A stretch of DNA of 64,000 bases from contig CAVPSX010000023.1 of assembly GCA_963708515.1 (NCBI GenBank), positions 129,930-193,929 on the forward strand, read 5' to 3'. Numbering within the stretch: the stretch's first letter is position 1; each line of letters starts with the position of its first letter. Below the pieces are notes generated by a model, which saw nothing but the letters and a program-made list of their open reading frames with translations, ran no database searches and had not been told where the DNA came from. Of this stretch, positions 17,981-26,556 are shown piece by piece. Made by a program: the position numbers and the translations under genes. The DNA is from an uncultured delta proteobacterium (GTDB taxonomy: Bacteria > Desulfobacterota > Syntrophia > Syntrophales > Fen-1087).

Positions 17981-18967
17981 ATGAAGTATGGTAGTTTTCA
18001 TTCAATGCCATTAAAGATTAATTATTCCCAGAAAAAGAATCAGCATCCGGTCATCATAAGCATATGGATTCAGGCCTTCCGCCTTCATTATGTGCCCACA
18101 AGTATCCTTCCTGCCTTACTGGGAGGCATCGTCGCCTGGTCGAGATTCCATGAATTTAATTTCTGGCATTTTTCCATGGTTATCATCGCTGTGACGTTCC
18201 ATCACATAGGTTTGAACATGATTGATGATGTTTTTGACTATATCCATGCAGTAGATCGTTCACATGGCGAAGAGAAGAATCCCTATACCGGCGGCAGCGG
18301 AGTTCTTACCACTAAAATGATTCCTTTAAATCATATGATAACGGCAGCTGTCATCTGTTACCTAATAGCGCTAGTTATTGCAATTTACTTTACCATAGCG
18401 TTAGGTTGGACCATTTTGATATTTGTCATAGTAGGTGCTTTTTCATCTATTTTTTATACCATGCCACCAATTCGGTATGGTTACCGTGGATTCGGAGAAT
18501 TGAGCATGTTTATTAATTTTGGTCCAGTCATCAGCCTTGGTGCATTTTACGTACAGACCAATTCGATTTCCTTAGAACCAATTATTGTTTCGCTTGTTCC
18601 CGGATTCCTGATGTGGTCCATGATTGTCATCAATGAGATACCCGATTACGATGAAGATCGCGAATCAGGCAAGTTTAATCTCGTCGTACGTGTCGGAAGA
18701 AAACAAGGTGTTTTATTGTATGCGGCGGGGCTGATTTGTGCTTACGTTACCATGCTCCTGTGTGTATTCTTTAAATTAACATCATTTGGTGTTGTCTTTG
18801 GGCTCCTCACAGCACCCATTGCCTATGGTTCCTTTCAAACACTTAAAAATAATTACATGGATAAGTTAAAAATGGCGCCCGCTAACCTTGCCACAATAAA
18901 AGTCCATGCGTTAACTATGATTTGTCTAATAATAGGATATTTAGCGGATGGAATTATATCCCGATAG
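17981..18967 (+). CDS. UbiA-family aromatic prenyltransferase (MenA-like), polytopic membrane protein
   Basis: NMIDDVFDYIHAVD Asp-rich motif, a second DYDEDRESGK motif, and about 8-9 TM helices. The start may be an internal Met. Confidence 0.8.
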   Translation: MKYGSFHSMPLKINYSQKKNQHPVIISIWIQAFRLHYVPTSILPALLGGIVAWSRFHEFNFWHFSMVIIAVTFHHIGLNMIDDVFDYIHAVDRSHGEEKNPYTGGSGVLTTKMIPLNHMITAAVICYLIALVIAIYFTIALGWTILIFVIVGAFSSIFYTMPPIRYGYRGFGELSMFINFGPVISLGAFYVQTNSISLEPIIVSLVPGFLMWSMIVINEIPDYDEDRESGKFNLVVRVGRKQGVLLYAAGLICAYVTMLLCVFFKLTSFGVVFGLLTAPIAYGSFQTLKNNYMDKLKMAPANLATIKVHALTMICLIIGYLADGIISR

Positions 18968-19071
18968 ATGCAATGACGTGGCCATCCAGCCTTTCGTCGT
19001 GATAAAAGGCAAAAATATCAATTCAGAAAAGCAGCGCTCTTATTACCAAACGATACTGATTTTGGTTTGCA

Positions 19072-19782
19072 TTATTTTTTCTCTGTGGGAAATGTCAAAC
19101 CGCCTCCATAAAATCCGATAATGGACACGATGATAGCCATAGAAAATAGTAACATGAAATAAATAATTGATTCTTTTCCAACGACAGCGAAATCATCGGG
19201 AGAAAGAATTCGCCAGAGAAACGCAATTATGGCAACACTCAGAAGAATAAAGGAAGAGTAAATTTTAATGCGCACAGGCTTCATGGGTTTGGCTTGATAA
19301 TTAATCCACCAGGTTAAAAAACCGGAGGCGACTGAGGGCAGAATAAAAAGAATATCTGCTCCCAGGCAATGCAGTGCCGTAGTCTCAAAGGATTGCACAG
19401 AGGTGATCAGGTAGAGAAAATAAAAAAATGCAGGCGCAATCGAAAAAACCATGGGAAAATGAACGACCATAGGGTGCGGATGCCGACGTAAAAAAGGAAT
19501 TTGTTCCAGCAACATTTCCAGAGAACTGGGCAGAAATTGCTCTGCTGCCTTTTTCTTTAACATTCCCACTTGTGGATATTTATCCAGCACCTCTGTACCA
19601 TGGGGCGCGGCTGCAATATCCGAGGTAAGGTCGCTTCCTGCCTGATGGCGTTTCATGTGAGTTCCTGTTTTCCATAGTTTACTTTGACTTACATCAATAA
19701 CTCTATTCCCATGAGCTATGTAACAAGGTCTGCCGTCCTTACCATCATATTTTGACATTTCTTCCAAATCGAATTCTTTCAT
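19072..19782 (-). CDS. Cytochrome b5-like heme/steroid-binding domain fused to a DUF2231-like 4-TM membrane domain
   Basis: The N-terminus (FDLEEMSKYDGKDGRPCYIAHGNRVIDVSQSKLWKTGTHMKRHQAG.DLT) matches predicted heme/steroid-binding proteins. The C-terminal half is hydrophobic. Confidence 0.6.
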   Translation of the reverse strand: MKEFDLEEMSKYDGKDGRPCYIAHGNRVIDVSQSKLWKTGTHMKRHQAGSDLTSDIAAAPHGTEVLDKYPQVGMLKKKAAEQFLPSSLEMLLEQIPFLRRHPHPMVVHFPMVFSIAPAFFYFLYLITSVQSFETTALHCLGADILFILPSVASGFLTWWINYQAKPMKPVRIKIYSSFILLSVAIIAFLWRILSPDDFAVVGKESIIYFMLLFSMAIIVSIIGFYGGGLTFPTEKK

Positions 19783-19920
19783 AAAAGCCTATCTTGACAA
19801 GGAAAGTATTTTCGAGCTCCTGCAATCAATATCAGAACTCCAAATTCTCCGATTAGTTATCGCTTCATAATGACACAATTAATTTAATTTAAAAAGACAA
19901 AAAGCAGTTTCATTGATTAC

Positions 19921-20001
19921 CTATTGAAAGAATGTATACTTGACAAGGATAACGATTTGTTGCTTTCAGCAAGGAGCCAATAAACAGGACTCCCATTTAT
20001 T
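19921..20001. repeat. Copy 1 of an ~80-bp intergenic repeat (partner at 22300-22381)
   Basis: Shares CTATTGAAA...TGCTTTCAG(C/G)AAGGAGCCAAT(A/C)AA(C/T)AG(G/A)AC...ATTATT with the second copy, roughly three quarters identical by eye. Confidence 0.6.
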
Positions 20002-20025
20002 TCCATGCATCTATAAACTGAACGA

Positions 20026-21123
20026 TCATTTGGGCATCCAGCCCAACCCCTTGGCATGCAGGCTCTGGATGTAGAGCCGGTCAGAAGTTTCCGTCACTCC
20101 CGTAGTTTCCGGGTAGGCACCGCTTGGGTCCTGCAGATCAGCCACGACCTTGCCGTCTTCCGTAAAAGCCATCACATGGCCATAGGCTTTCGGAACCGGC
20201 CACATCGCACGCGGCAGGCGAAGCGTGAGCTTACGCATGAACGGCTTGGTGGCCAGGTTGTCGATGGTGGGGTTACGCGGTTTCATGAGGCCCAGCCAGA
20301 TTTTCCCGTCGAGTCCGCGCATCAGGTTGTCCGGATAACCGGGCAGGTTGTCAAACAACACTTTGGCCTGATCGCTCAGGGTAGAAATATCCAAATCTCT
20401 CGCGTTCACAGAAATTTTCCACACTCGATATTTACCGGTTTCATTGACGAACAGCATTTGTTCATCCCGGCTCAGGGCGATACCGTTGGCAAAACTAAAT
20501 CCTTTCGCCACGACTTGGGTCGTTTTGTTTTCCGGGTCGTACTCCAGAATACGGCCGGTTGATGCCTGTTCCAGGATGTCCAGAATGCCGGCCTCAAATG
20601 TTCCGCCCCAGTCTTTGGGTGCAAAGCGGGTTGACGCATCGCTCAAATAGATCTTGCCGGACTCGGCCACCACCACAGCATCGGCATAGCGGATAGGATC
20701 TCCGTTTACCTTGTCGGTTAACGTCATGATCTTCCTGTCGGGGCTGATCGACAACAGCCCCTTGTTGACGTCGGCAGCAATCAGGTTTCCGGATCTGTCA
20801 AAGTCAAAACCCAGCACCCGCCCGCCGGTGTTTACAAACACCTCCTGCGAGCTGCCGTCCGGATTCATTCGCAGGACGTTGCCGCTGGTTACTGTCGTGT
20901 AAAGCTTGCCGTCTTTGCCGATGGCGATATGCTCTGGCCCTTCTTCTTTACCCAATGAAATCATCTTGAGATTGGCAAGCTTTGTGTTGACGGCGTGTGG
21001 GCCGGTATAACCAGGCGGCATGGACGCATTCCAGATGACAGGCTTAATCGGCACCGGCCATAACGTCAGATAAGCGGCCAGCAGAAGCAAAATGACAACA
21101 ATCGTCAAAACAATTTTTTTCAT
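20026..21123 (-). CDS. SMP-30/gluconolactonase/strictosidine-synthase-like beta-propeller protein, N-terminally anchored
   Basis: N-terminal TM/signal and repeated beta-propeller blades. The GPE....DG.LYT, GRVLGFDFD..GNL and ANGIALS...LFVNET patterns are typical of the SGL/Str_synth family. Confidence 0.75.
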   Translation of the reverse strand: MKKIVLTIVVILLLLAAYLTLWPVPIKPVIWNASMPPGYTGPHAVNTKLANLKMISLGKEEGPEHIAIGKDGKLYTTVTSGNVLRMNPDGSSQEVFVNTGGRVLGFDFDRSGNLIAADVNKGLLSISPDRKIMTLTDKVNGDPIRYADAVVVAESGKIYLSDASTRFAPKDWGGTFEAGILDILEQASTGRILEYDPENKTTQVVAKGFSFANGIALSRDEQMLFVNETGKYRVWKISVNARDLDISTLSDQAKVLFDNLPGYPDNLMRGLDGKIWLGLMKPRNPTIDNLATKPFMRKLTLRLPRAMWPVPKAYGHVMAFTEDGKVVADLQDPSGAYPETTGVTETSDRLYIQSLHAKGLGWMPK

Positions 21124-21388
21124 GATGCCTCCTTATGATAAAAACACAAAACCCCGCCTCTTTTCAGAAACAGGGTTTCAATAATCTCTCCATGGCATCA
21201 CCCTTTTTAAAAGGGGTTCAAATTGGTTGTTAACCGATTGACTATGCCTCTTTCATATGTGTTTCTTTGTGGCCATAATAAGTTGAGAAGTCAAGGTAAT
21301 ATTTTATTAATAACCATTTGAAATCCTGCATTGTCATCGAGGTTGATGATTTGTGGATTACAGTAAGCAGGCATCACCCGGATGGACC

Positions 21389-22216
21389 TTACTTTTTTAC
21401 AATTTCAACTCTTCTGTTCTTTGCGCGGCCTTCTTCTGTCCTGTTATCCGCCACCGGCTTTTCCTGCCCCCATCCGGTCGCGGTCATCCGAGACGGGTTA
21501 ATGCCAGCATCGGATACCGCCTTGATGACTGCTTTGGCGCGGTTAAGCGAAAGAGGTCTATTGGCTATCGGCGTTCCTTGAGAATCAGTATGCCCTTCAA
21601 TAGAAATCTTGAGGTTGGGCTGGCTTTTCATCAGCTCGGCAATTTGGTCAATTATTCCTATAGATTCCGGCTTTATTGTCGCCTTGTTCGTATCGAAATT
21701 GATGTACAGCGCCATGAAGCCGTCTTTCTGCAACGCCTGCCACATGTCATTGGCCGTAATCTCTTGTGCCATTGCTTTCTCCTCAAGTATGGTTAGGCTT
21801 ATGTTACGGCCGTCATTGAACAGCTCAATGCCGACGTAAATCTGCACGCCTTTTTTATCCATCTGCATGGCGGTGTAGCGGTCACGGTCAACAAGTATTT
21901 TTGCCTTCAATGTCTTCGCCGCATTCTGGTAATTGCGTCTTATTTGCAGATAGCCTGGAGCCATGCCTGCTGATTCCTGGTATCCATACCTAATGAATGT
22001 CCTTTCCCCTTCAGGCTTTAGGTTCTTTGCTGAATCGACTTCTTCATCGAGTAGGATGAGGGCTTGATCATATTTTTTCTCGCAATCGAGGATGTAATAG
22101 TTTTTCATCCTTGTGAAAAGTCCATGGTCCTTGCAGCCGTCGGCATCGGGCTCTGCAAAGACTAATGCCGGTGTTAAAAGAACAATTCCAAAAAATAATA
22201 AGCCAATTCTTTTCAT
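21389..22216 (-). CDS. OmpA-family peptidoglycan-associated protein
   Basis: C-terminal OmpA_C block IEGHTDSQGTPIANRPLSLNRAKAV...GWGQEKPVADNRTEEGRAKNRRVEI. Signal peptide present. AAAGGAG RBS before the ATG at 22216. Confidence 0.85.
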   Translation of the reverse strand: MKRIGLLFFGIVLLTPALVFAEPDADGCKDHGLFTRMKNYYILDCEKKYDQALILLDEEVDSAKNLKPEGERTFIRYGYQESAGMAPGYLQIRRNYQNAAKTLKAKILVDRDRYTAMQMDKKGVQIYVGIELFNDGRNISLTILEEKAMAQEITANDMWQALQKDGFMALYINFDTNKATIKPESIGIIDQIAELMKSQPNLKISIEGHTDSQGTPIANRPLSLNRAKAVIKAVSDAGINPSRMTATGWGQEKPVADNRTEEGRAKNRRVEIVKK

Positions 22217-22299
22217 ATTATTCTCCTTTAGGGTTAATGCCAACCGTCAACATTTTATCCTATATCATATTTATGGAAGAAAAGAGCATCGTTGATCAA

Positions 22300-22381
22300 C
22301 TATTGAAATCAAGCATTTTTTTCAAGGGATACGATATGCTGCTTTCAGGAAGGAGCCAATCAATAGAACCGTCTCATTATT
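22300..22381. repeat. Copy 2 of the ~80-bp intergenic repeat (partner at 19921-20001)
   Basis: See 19921-20001. Both copies lie upstream of minus-strand genes (19782 and 22216). Confidence 0.6.
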
Positions 22382-22461
22382 CATAAGGGGTTGCTTGTTC
22401 ATGTCGCCGGCTGACAGATCGTAGGTCGGCATGTGCTATGGCATGCTGCCGAAAGACAAGG

Positions 22462-23487
22462 TCATCGGTAGCGGATGTAGTCGAAGCTCCATCGGTAATT
22501 CTGGCTGAATTGCTTCCCTCCCTCCAGCCAGGCGCCCCTCACACCGCCGGAAAATATTTCATCTCCCCGCTGCTGGAAACGGGCCTCTCCGAGACGTCGG
22601 TATAACCAGGCGTATGCCGGGGCGATCAGGAGATTCAGGTCGGGCGAAGGTTCCCGAGGCATGCCAACGCATTCGTCCGTCACCGCCTGTGACCCCGGTT
22701 TGCAGGAGATGTATACAAAAGAGCGGCTGGCCGGATGCCACGCCTCGCCCCAGAGCCAGTCGGCGGTTCTCTGGATGGCGGGAAGGATGCGTCCGTCGCC
22801 GTACCGTTCCTCGTAGGCGATGAGGGCCTCGAAGGTGAGGCCTACCATAAATGGTTTGACGTAAGGGGCACTCCGGGATCCGGACCACTGGTCCAGGTGT
22901 CCCAGGGCGAACTCGACGGCCTGTTGGAGAAGAGGGGAACGCGCTTCCCCCACGTCGATGGCCTTCATGTACGCATGGATGAGGTAGGCCGTCTCCCGGC
23001 TCATCTCCGCATCCGGATCGCCGGCCTGGGGAGCCCAGGCTGATTGGGTCGCCAGCGCCACGACGGCATTCCTGCTGACCGCGTCTCCGGTTCTCCGGAA
23101 ATCCTCCGCCAGGCCGTGGGGAAAGACCTGCCAGCCGGGCACCTGGCCGCTGCCTCCCAGAACGAGGGGACGGTACACGGCTTTTACATAATCGGCGCAT
23201 AGCCTCCAGGATGAATCACCCGTGTAATCGGAGATCTGCTGGAACGTGCGAATGCCGTCGTAATACCAGACGCCGCTTTCATCGGTCCCCGTCCGCTGGA
23301 TTTCCCCCTGATCGCAGTGTATGCGGCCGAAGCTCTGCATCCGAGCTTCCCACAGGGCGCGATCGGGGATCGGTATCGAAGAGGGAGGGGTGCTCGTCGT
23401 ATTGTTCGCAGGACCATCGCCGCCGCCTCCTCCACCGCAGGACAAGACAAACAATAACGCGATTAAGAGGGGGAATGCTTTCTTCAT
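22462..23487 (-). CDS. GC-rich lipoprotein of unknown function (poly-Gly linker, possibly an alpha/alpha-toroid fold)
   Basis: MKKAFPLLIALLFVLSCGGGGGG lipobox. A promoter at 23524-23552 supports the ATG at 23487. The track extension to 23637 is rejected. Confidence 0.65.
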   Translation of the reverse strand: MKKAFPLLIALLFVLSCGGGGGGDGPANNTTSTPPSSIPIPDRALWEARMQSFGRIHCDQGEIQRTGTDESGVWYYDGIRTFQQISDYTGDSSWRLCADYVKAVYRPLVLGGSGQVPGWQVFPHGLAEDFRRTGDAVSRNAVVALATQSAWAPQAGDPDAEMSRETAYLIHAYMKAIDVGEARSPLLQQAVEFALGHLDQWSGSRSAPYVKPFMVGLTFEALIAYEERYGDGRILPAIQRTADWLWGEAWHPASRSFVYISCKPGSQAVTDECVGMPREPSPDLNLLIAPAYAWLYRRLGEARFQQRGDEIFSGGVRGAWLEGGKQFSQNYRWSFDYIRYR

Positions 23488-23523
23488 TGAGTTCTTTCTT
23501 TTTCCACTCTGCGGCCGTTTTGG

Positions 23524-23552
23524 AGTATAGGAACGCGGTTTTATCAAGTCAA
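23524..23552 (-). promoter_or_regulatory. Sigma70-type promoter (TTGACT-N17-TATACT) for the lipoprotein gene
   Basis: The minus strand reads ATCCCTTGACTTGATAAAACCGCGTTCCTATACTCC. The -35 cassette is repeated at 25295-25305. Confidence 0.55.
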
Positions 23553-23710
23553 GGGATCTTTCCATAGAACGTCCGGCTTCTGCTACTCGATCCCGCGTCT
23601 GCGCGTGCTCCACACCCCGCCCATCGATGGGCTCCACGGCCTATGGCTACTCGGCTGCGGCATCCCGAAGAAGGTCTGTTGCCAGAGGACCTTCCCGCCG
23701 CTACACTTCC

Positions 23711-23818
23711 ATATTTTACCCAATCCTCAGACCCATTTACAGAGGTCACAAGTAGAAGGATAATGAGGAATGGTAAAAAAAGAACTAGGTATATCGTTTT
23801 CATATCTATACCTTTCAC
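23711..23818 (-). pseudogene. Truncated duplicate (RBS + signal peptide + first ~10 mature residues) of the gene at 23829-24266
   Basis: 23711-23818 aligns with 24174-24281 (MKGIDMKTIYLVLFLPFLIILLLVTSVNGSEDWVKY vs MKGVDMKTIYSVRLLPFLIILLLVTPVNGSEDWVEY). Similarity ends abruptly where GC-rich DNA begins. Confidence 0.6.
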
Positions 23819-23828
23819 CTGGAACCAT

Positions 23829-24266
23829 TCAATATTGGTTATTACAGACTTTTTCTCGTAAGTTATCCCCCATTGAACCAGGAATTACATTATCCCATTC
23901 TGGTTTATCAGGTGATTTAGTTTCTAATACTTTACCATCGGTATCATAGTCAGTAATAGATAATATCTGAACCATTTGTTTCTTACAGTCAATTTCTTGT
24001 AAAATCAGAATATGTGAAAATTTGTCCCATTTTCTCTCAGTCATTCCATCAATATAGTCCTTTTTACCTTCATCAGAGAAAACCACTTTGAACCATACTT
24101 GAACCAGATCCTTTGTCCTGTGTTCTATACTGACCTTTTTATAATAAATATTGGTTCCATCATTAGAACTTGAATATTCCACCCAATCCTCAGACCCATT
24201 TACAGGGGTCACAAGTAGAAGGATAATCAGAAATGGTAATAAACGAACTGAATAAATGGTTTTCAT
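23829..24266 (-). CDS. Small secreted protein of unknown function (possibly surface-adhesin-E-like; low confidence)
   Basis: Signal peptide. The W.EY....DG...YYKK.SI......V.VW.K and IDC....Q.L.....D.DGKVL patterns are present. AAAGGAG RBS before the ATG at 24266. Confidence 0.6.
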   Translation of the reverse strand: MKTIYSVRLLPFLIILLLVTPVNGSEDWVEYSSSNDGTNIYYKKVSIEHRTKDLVQVWFKVVFSDEGKKDYIDGMTERKWDKFSHILILQEIDCKKQMVQILSITDYDTDGKVLETKSPDKPEWDNVIPGSMGDNLREKVCNNQY

Positions 24267-24510
24267 GTCTACTCCTTTCATTTTATCTCTAACAATTTTT
24301 CCGTCAATCTTGTTTTCAACTGAGGACAGGATGGCCTCCCTCAGTCCGCCTGGTATGGGGTCTGGGGGTTATAGCTACCCCCGGCTACATGGGGCATACG
24401 TCATTTCTCGATCGTAAGTACGAACCGGCGCAATCTTGGCTAAAGTCTCGCCACAGGGTTATCGCTTCTTTCGTAGCCATGGCGCACATCTGTTTTTTTG
24501 TAAGTTATGA

Positions 24511-25191
24511 TCAATCAAATCCGATCCACTTTGTTGAGTTTTCGACAGGCTCGCGTGTGCTTGTAATTGTATTTGCGACGTCATCCCTGTCAGGGAAGCC
24601 GATTGCGATCGCTATAATGAGGCGCTTCGAAGCGGGGATGCCTGTATGTTGTCTCACTACCTCCGGATACATGACTCCCTGGTCCTCAATACAGGTCCCA
24701 AGTCCATGATGCAAGGCTGAGAGGCAGATGTTTTGCATGACCGCCCCTAAATCCAACAGCGGCCCCGATTCAGACAACTTCTTGTCGACACAGATCAAAA
24801 TAGCCGCAGGAGCATCGAAGTAGCGCAGCCCGCGCTCCATCCACTCATTGCGTTTTGACTTGTCTTCTCTGGCAATACCCATAATCTGAAAGATATGCTT
24901 GGCAAGTTCCACTTGTCGAGCCCCATAGACGCTGTCCTTCGTCCAGGTGATGAGTTCATGTTCCGAGTGCGGGTTCTCGCCTGCCCTGAACTTCTCAACA
25001 GCCCCCTCTCGGATTTTAAGGAGAGGTTCCCCCGTTATTACAAAAAACTCCCAAGGTTGGCAGTTTACTGCAGATGGCGCTTTGATGGCGGCTTCTATAA
25101 TGTCCATAATAAGTGCCTTCGGTATAGGGTCCGGCTTATAGCCCCGTATACTTTTTCGCATCCTGATTGCATCGAGAATATTCATTTCCAT
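24511..25191 (-). CDS. Nitroreductase-family FMN oxidoreductase
   Basis: N-terminal AIRMRKSIRGYKPDPIP...APSAVNCQPWEF signature of the nitroreductase fold. Confidence 0.85.
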   Translation of the reverse strand: MEMNILDAIRMRKSIRGYKPDPIPKALIMDIIEAAIKAPSAVNCQPWEFFVITGEPLLKIREGAVEKFRAGENPHSEHELITWTKDSVYGARQVELAKHIFQIMGIAREDKSKRNEWMERGLRYFDAPAAILICVDKKLSESGPLLDLGAVMQNICLSALHHGLGTCIEDQGVMYPEVVRQHTGIPASKRLIIAIAIGFPDRDDVANTITSTREPVENSTKWIGFD

Positions 25192-25270
25192 TCCCTCCTC
25201 TATTTTTTATGATATCATATTTCAAAAGTTGCCTCTTATTTGTCATTGTCGCATCACGATACGACCGAAG

Positions 25271-25300
25271 GTAATAGGGGTACAGTTTTTATCAAGTCAA
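25271..25300 (-). promoter_or_regulatory. Promoter candidate sharing the CCCTTGACTTGATAAAA -35 cassette with 23524-23552
   Basis: The minus strand reads ATCCCTTGACTTGATAAAAACTGTACCCCTATTAC. The -10 is weaker (TATTAC with an 18-nt spacer). Confidence 0.4.
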
Positions 25301-25482
25301 GGGATATTCCCCCGTGCAGTCACGAGTTTCGTTTGAAAGGAAGCATGCTTGTGACGATTGGTGTTTTGTTGAGTACAGCAAGCTATACGTGAACTGGATG
25401 AACCAGAAATGAGAGGGGTGGGGGGAAATCCTTCTGAGATTGTTATCGTCCGATCGAGCACTGTTGCCTGCTTTTTAAGTTC

Positions 25483-26556
25483 TCAAGGCCTCCCCATCGC
25501 CGCTTCATAGATTCCTAAAAGAGCGTGAGCTTCGTCTGAGGGACCCGGCCATGTTGCCGCTCGCTGGCGACCATTTGCCGCAAGGGACTCCCGAAACGCC
25601 GGATCACTGGCGAGCCTTAGAACACTCCGGACGAAAGCCGCCTGATCGCCGGGATCGAAAAGAAACCCGCAGTGGCCGATCCCGTTTTTGTCTTCGACCA
25701 GCCATCGGTTCCCCGGAATGTCTGAAGCCAGCACCGGCCGCCCCGCCGCCATGGCTTCAAGCAGTGAATTGGAAAGACCCTCCGAGCGGGAATGGTTCAG
25801 GACGACATCGGCGCCTTGATAGGCGGCATGCATGGCTTGCGGAGGGATCTGAAAAATCCATTTCTCGAAAGAATCCAGACGCTTGATCTCTTTGTCGAAC
25901 CGGGCGGCATATGCGGCGTCAAGGGCCGGCCCGGCAAACACTACGCGGATTTTCGGGCAGTCTGCATGTGCCTTTTCCATTGCACAAAGGCATTCGAGGT
26001 TGCCTTTTACCGGGCGAATGCCGGCGGGCATGAAGAAGAGAACATCCTCCTCGCGGCAGCCCGCAACGGCCCGGAGATCAAAATCGTCTTTTCCAAACCA
26101 TAAAAAAGATTTAGGCACAGCAGCGATTCGCTCTTGCAAATCCGGCAGGAGTTCCCGCAGCAGGCGGTCGATTTCCGGGCTCTGGGCAATGATTGAACGG
26201 GCCCTGCGGCAGGTCTCGCTCACTATCTTCATACCCTCCCCTTTCATTACATGCAGGTTGATATCTGTCCCTCCGGGAGAAACGACAAAGGGCAAATGGC
26301 CGGATTTTCCCGCCACGAGCGGATTGAGCATCAATGCACCCGCCCGGCTGATGTGATGCGCATGCACGACATCCGGATGGAAACGATCCAGAGCTTCAAC
26401 AAGACCCCGTGGATTGAGGTTCTGAGTCTCGATCACGTTGACGACGATGCCTTTTTGCACCAGGGCCCGGCGCCATCGCTCGGCCGAAATGGCATTTCCC
26501 GTCAGATTGGGAAAGGCCGTCGGGGTCAAAATGATCACACGTAGCGCGGTATTCAA
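25483..26556 (-). CDS. GT4-family (GT-B) glycosyltransferase
   Basis: C-terminal block HSRSEGLSNSLLEAMAAGRPVLASDIPGNRWLV (EX7E-like region). The N-terminus resembles MshA/BshA-type GT4. The start is TTG at 26556 (TTGA overlap) or GTG at 26540. Confidence 0.85.
   Translation of the reverse strand: MNTALRVIILTPTAFPNLTGNAISAERWRRALVQKGIVVNVIETQNLNPRGLVEALDRFHPDVVHAHHISRAGALMLNPLVAGKSGHLPFVVSPGGTDINLHVMKGEGMKIVSETCRRARSIIAQSPEIDRLLRELLPDLQERIAAVPKSFLWFGKDDFDLRAVAGCREEDVLFFMPAGIRPVKGNLECLCAMEKAHADCPKIRVVFAGPALDAAYAARFDKEIKRLDSFEKWIFQIPPQAMHAAYQGADVVLNHSRSEGLSNSLLEAMAAGRPVLASDIPGNRWLVEDKNGIGHCGFLFDPGDQAAFVRSVLRLASDPAFRESLAANGRQRAATWPGPSDEAHALLGIYEAAMGRP

Noticed and set aside
19960-19990. TTGGCTCCTTGCTG within the 80-bp repeat (minus strand) as a sigma54 promoter.
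   Set aside because: The GG and GC elements are 6 or 13 nt apart, not 10. The motif is only partly conserved in the second copy.
23549-23818. The 89-aa ORF as an intact secreted-protein gene.
   Set aside because: Only its first ~36 codons are homologous to the neighbouring gene. The remainder runs through the promoter and 5' region of the lipoprotein gene as an Arg/Gly/Ser-rich read-through. It is treated as a truncated remnant.
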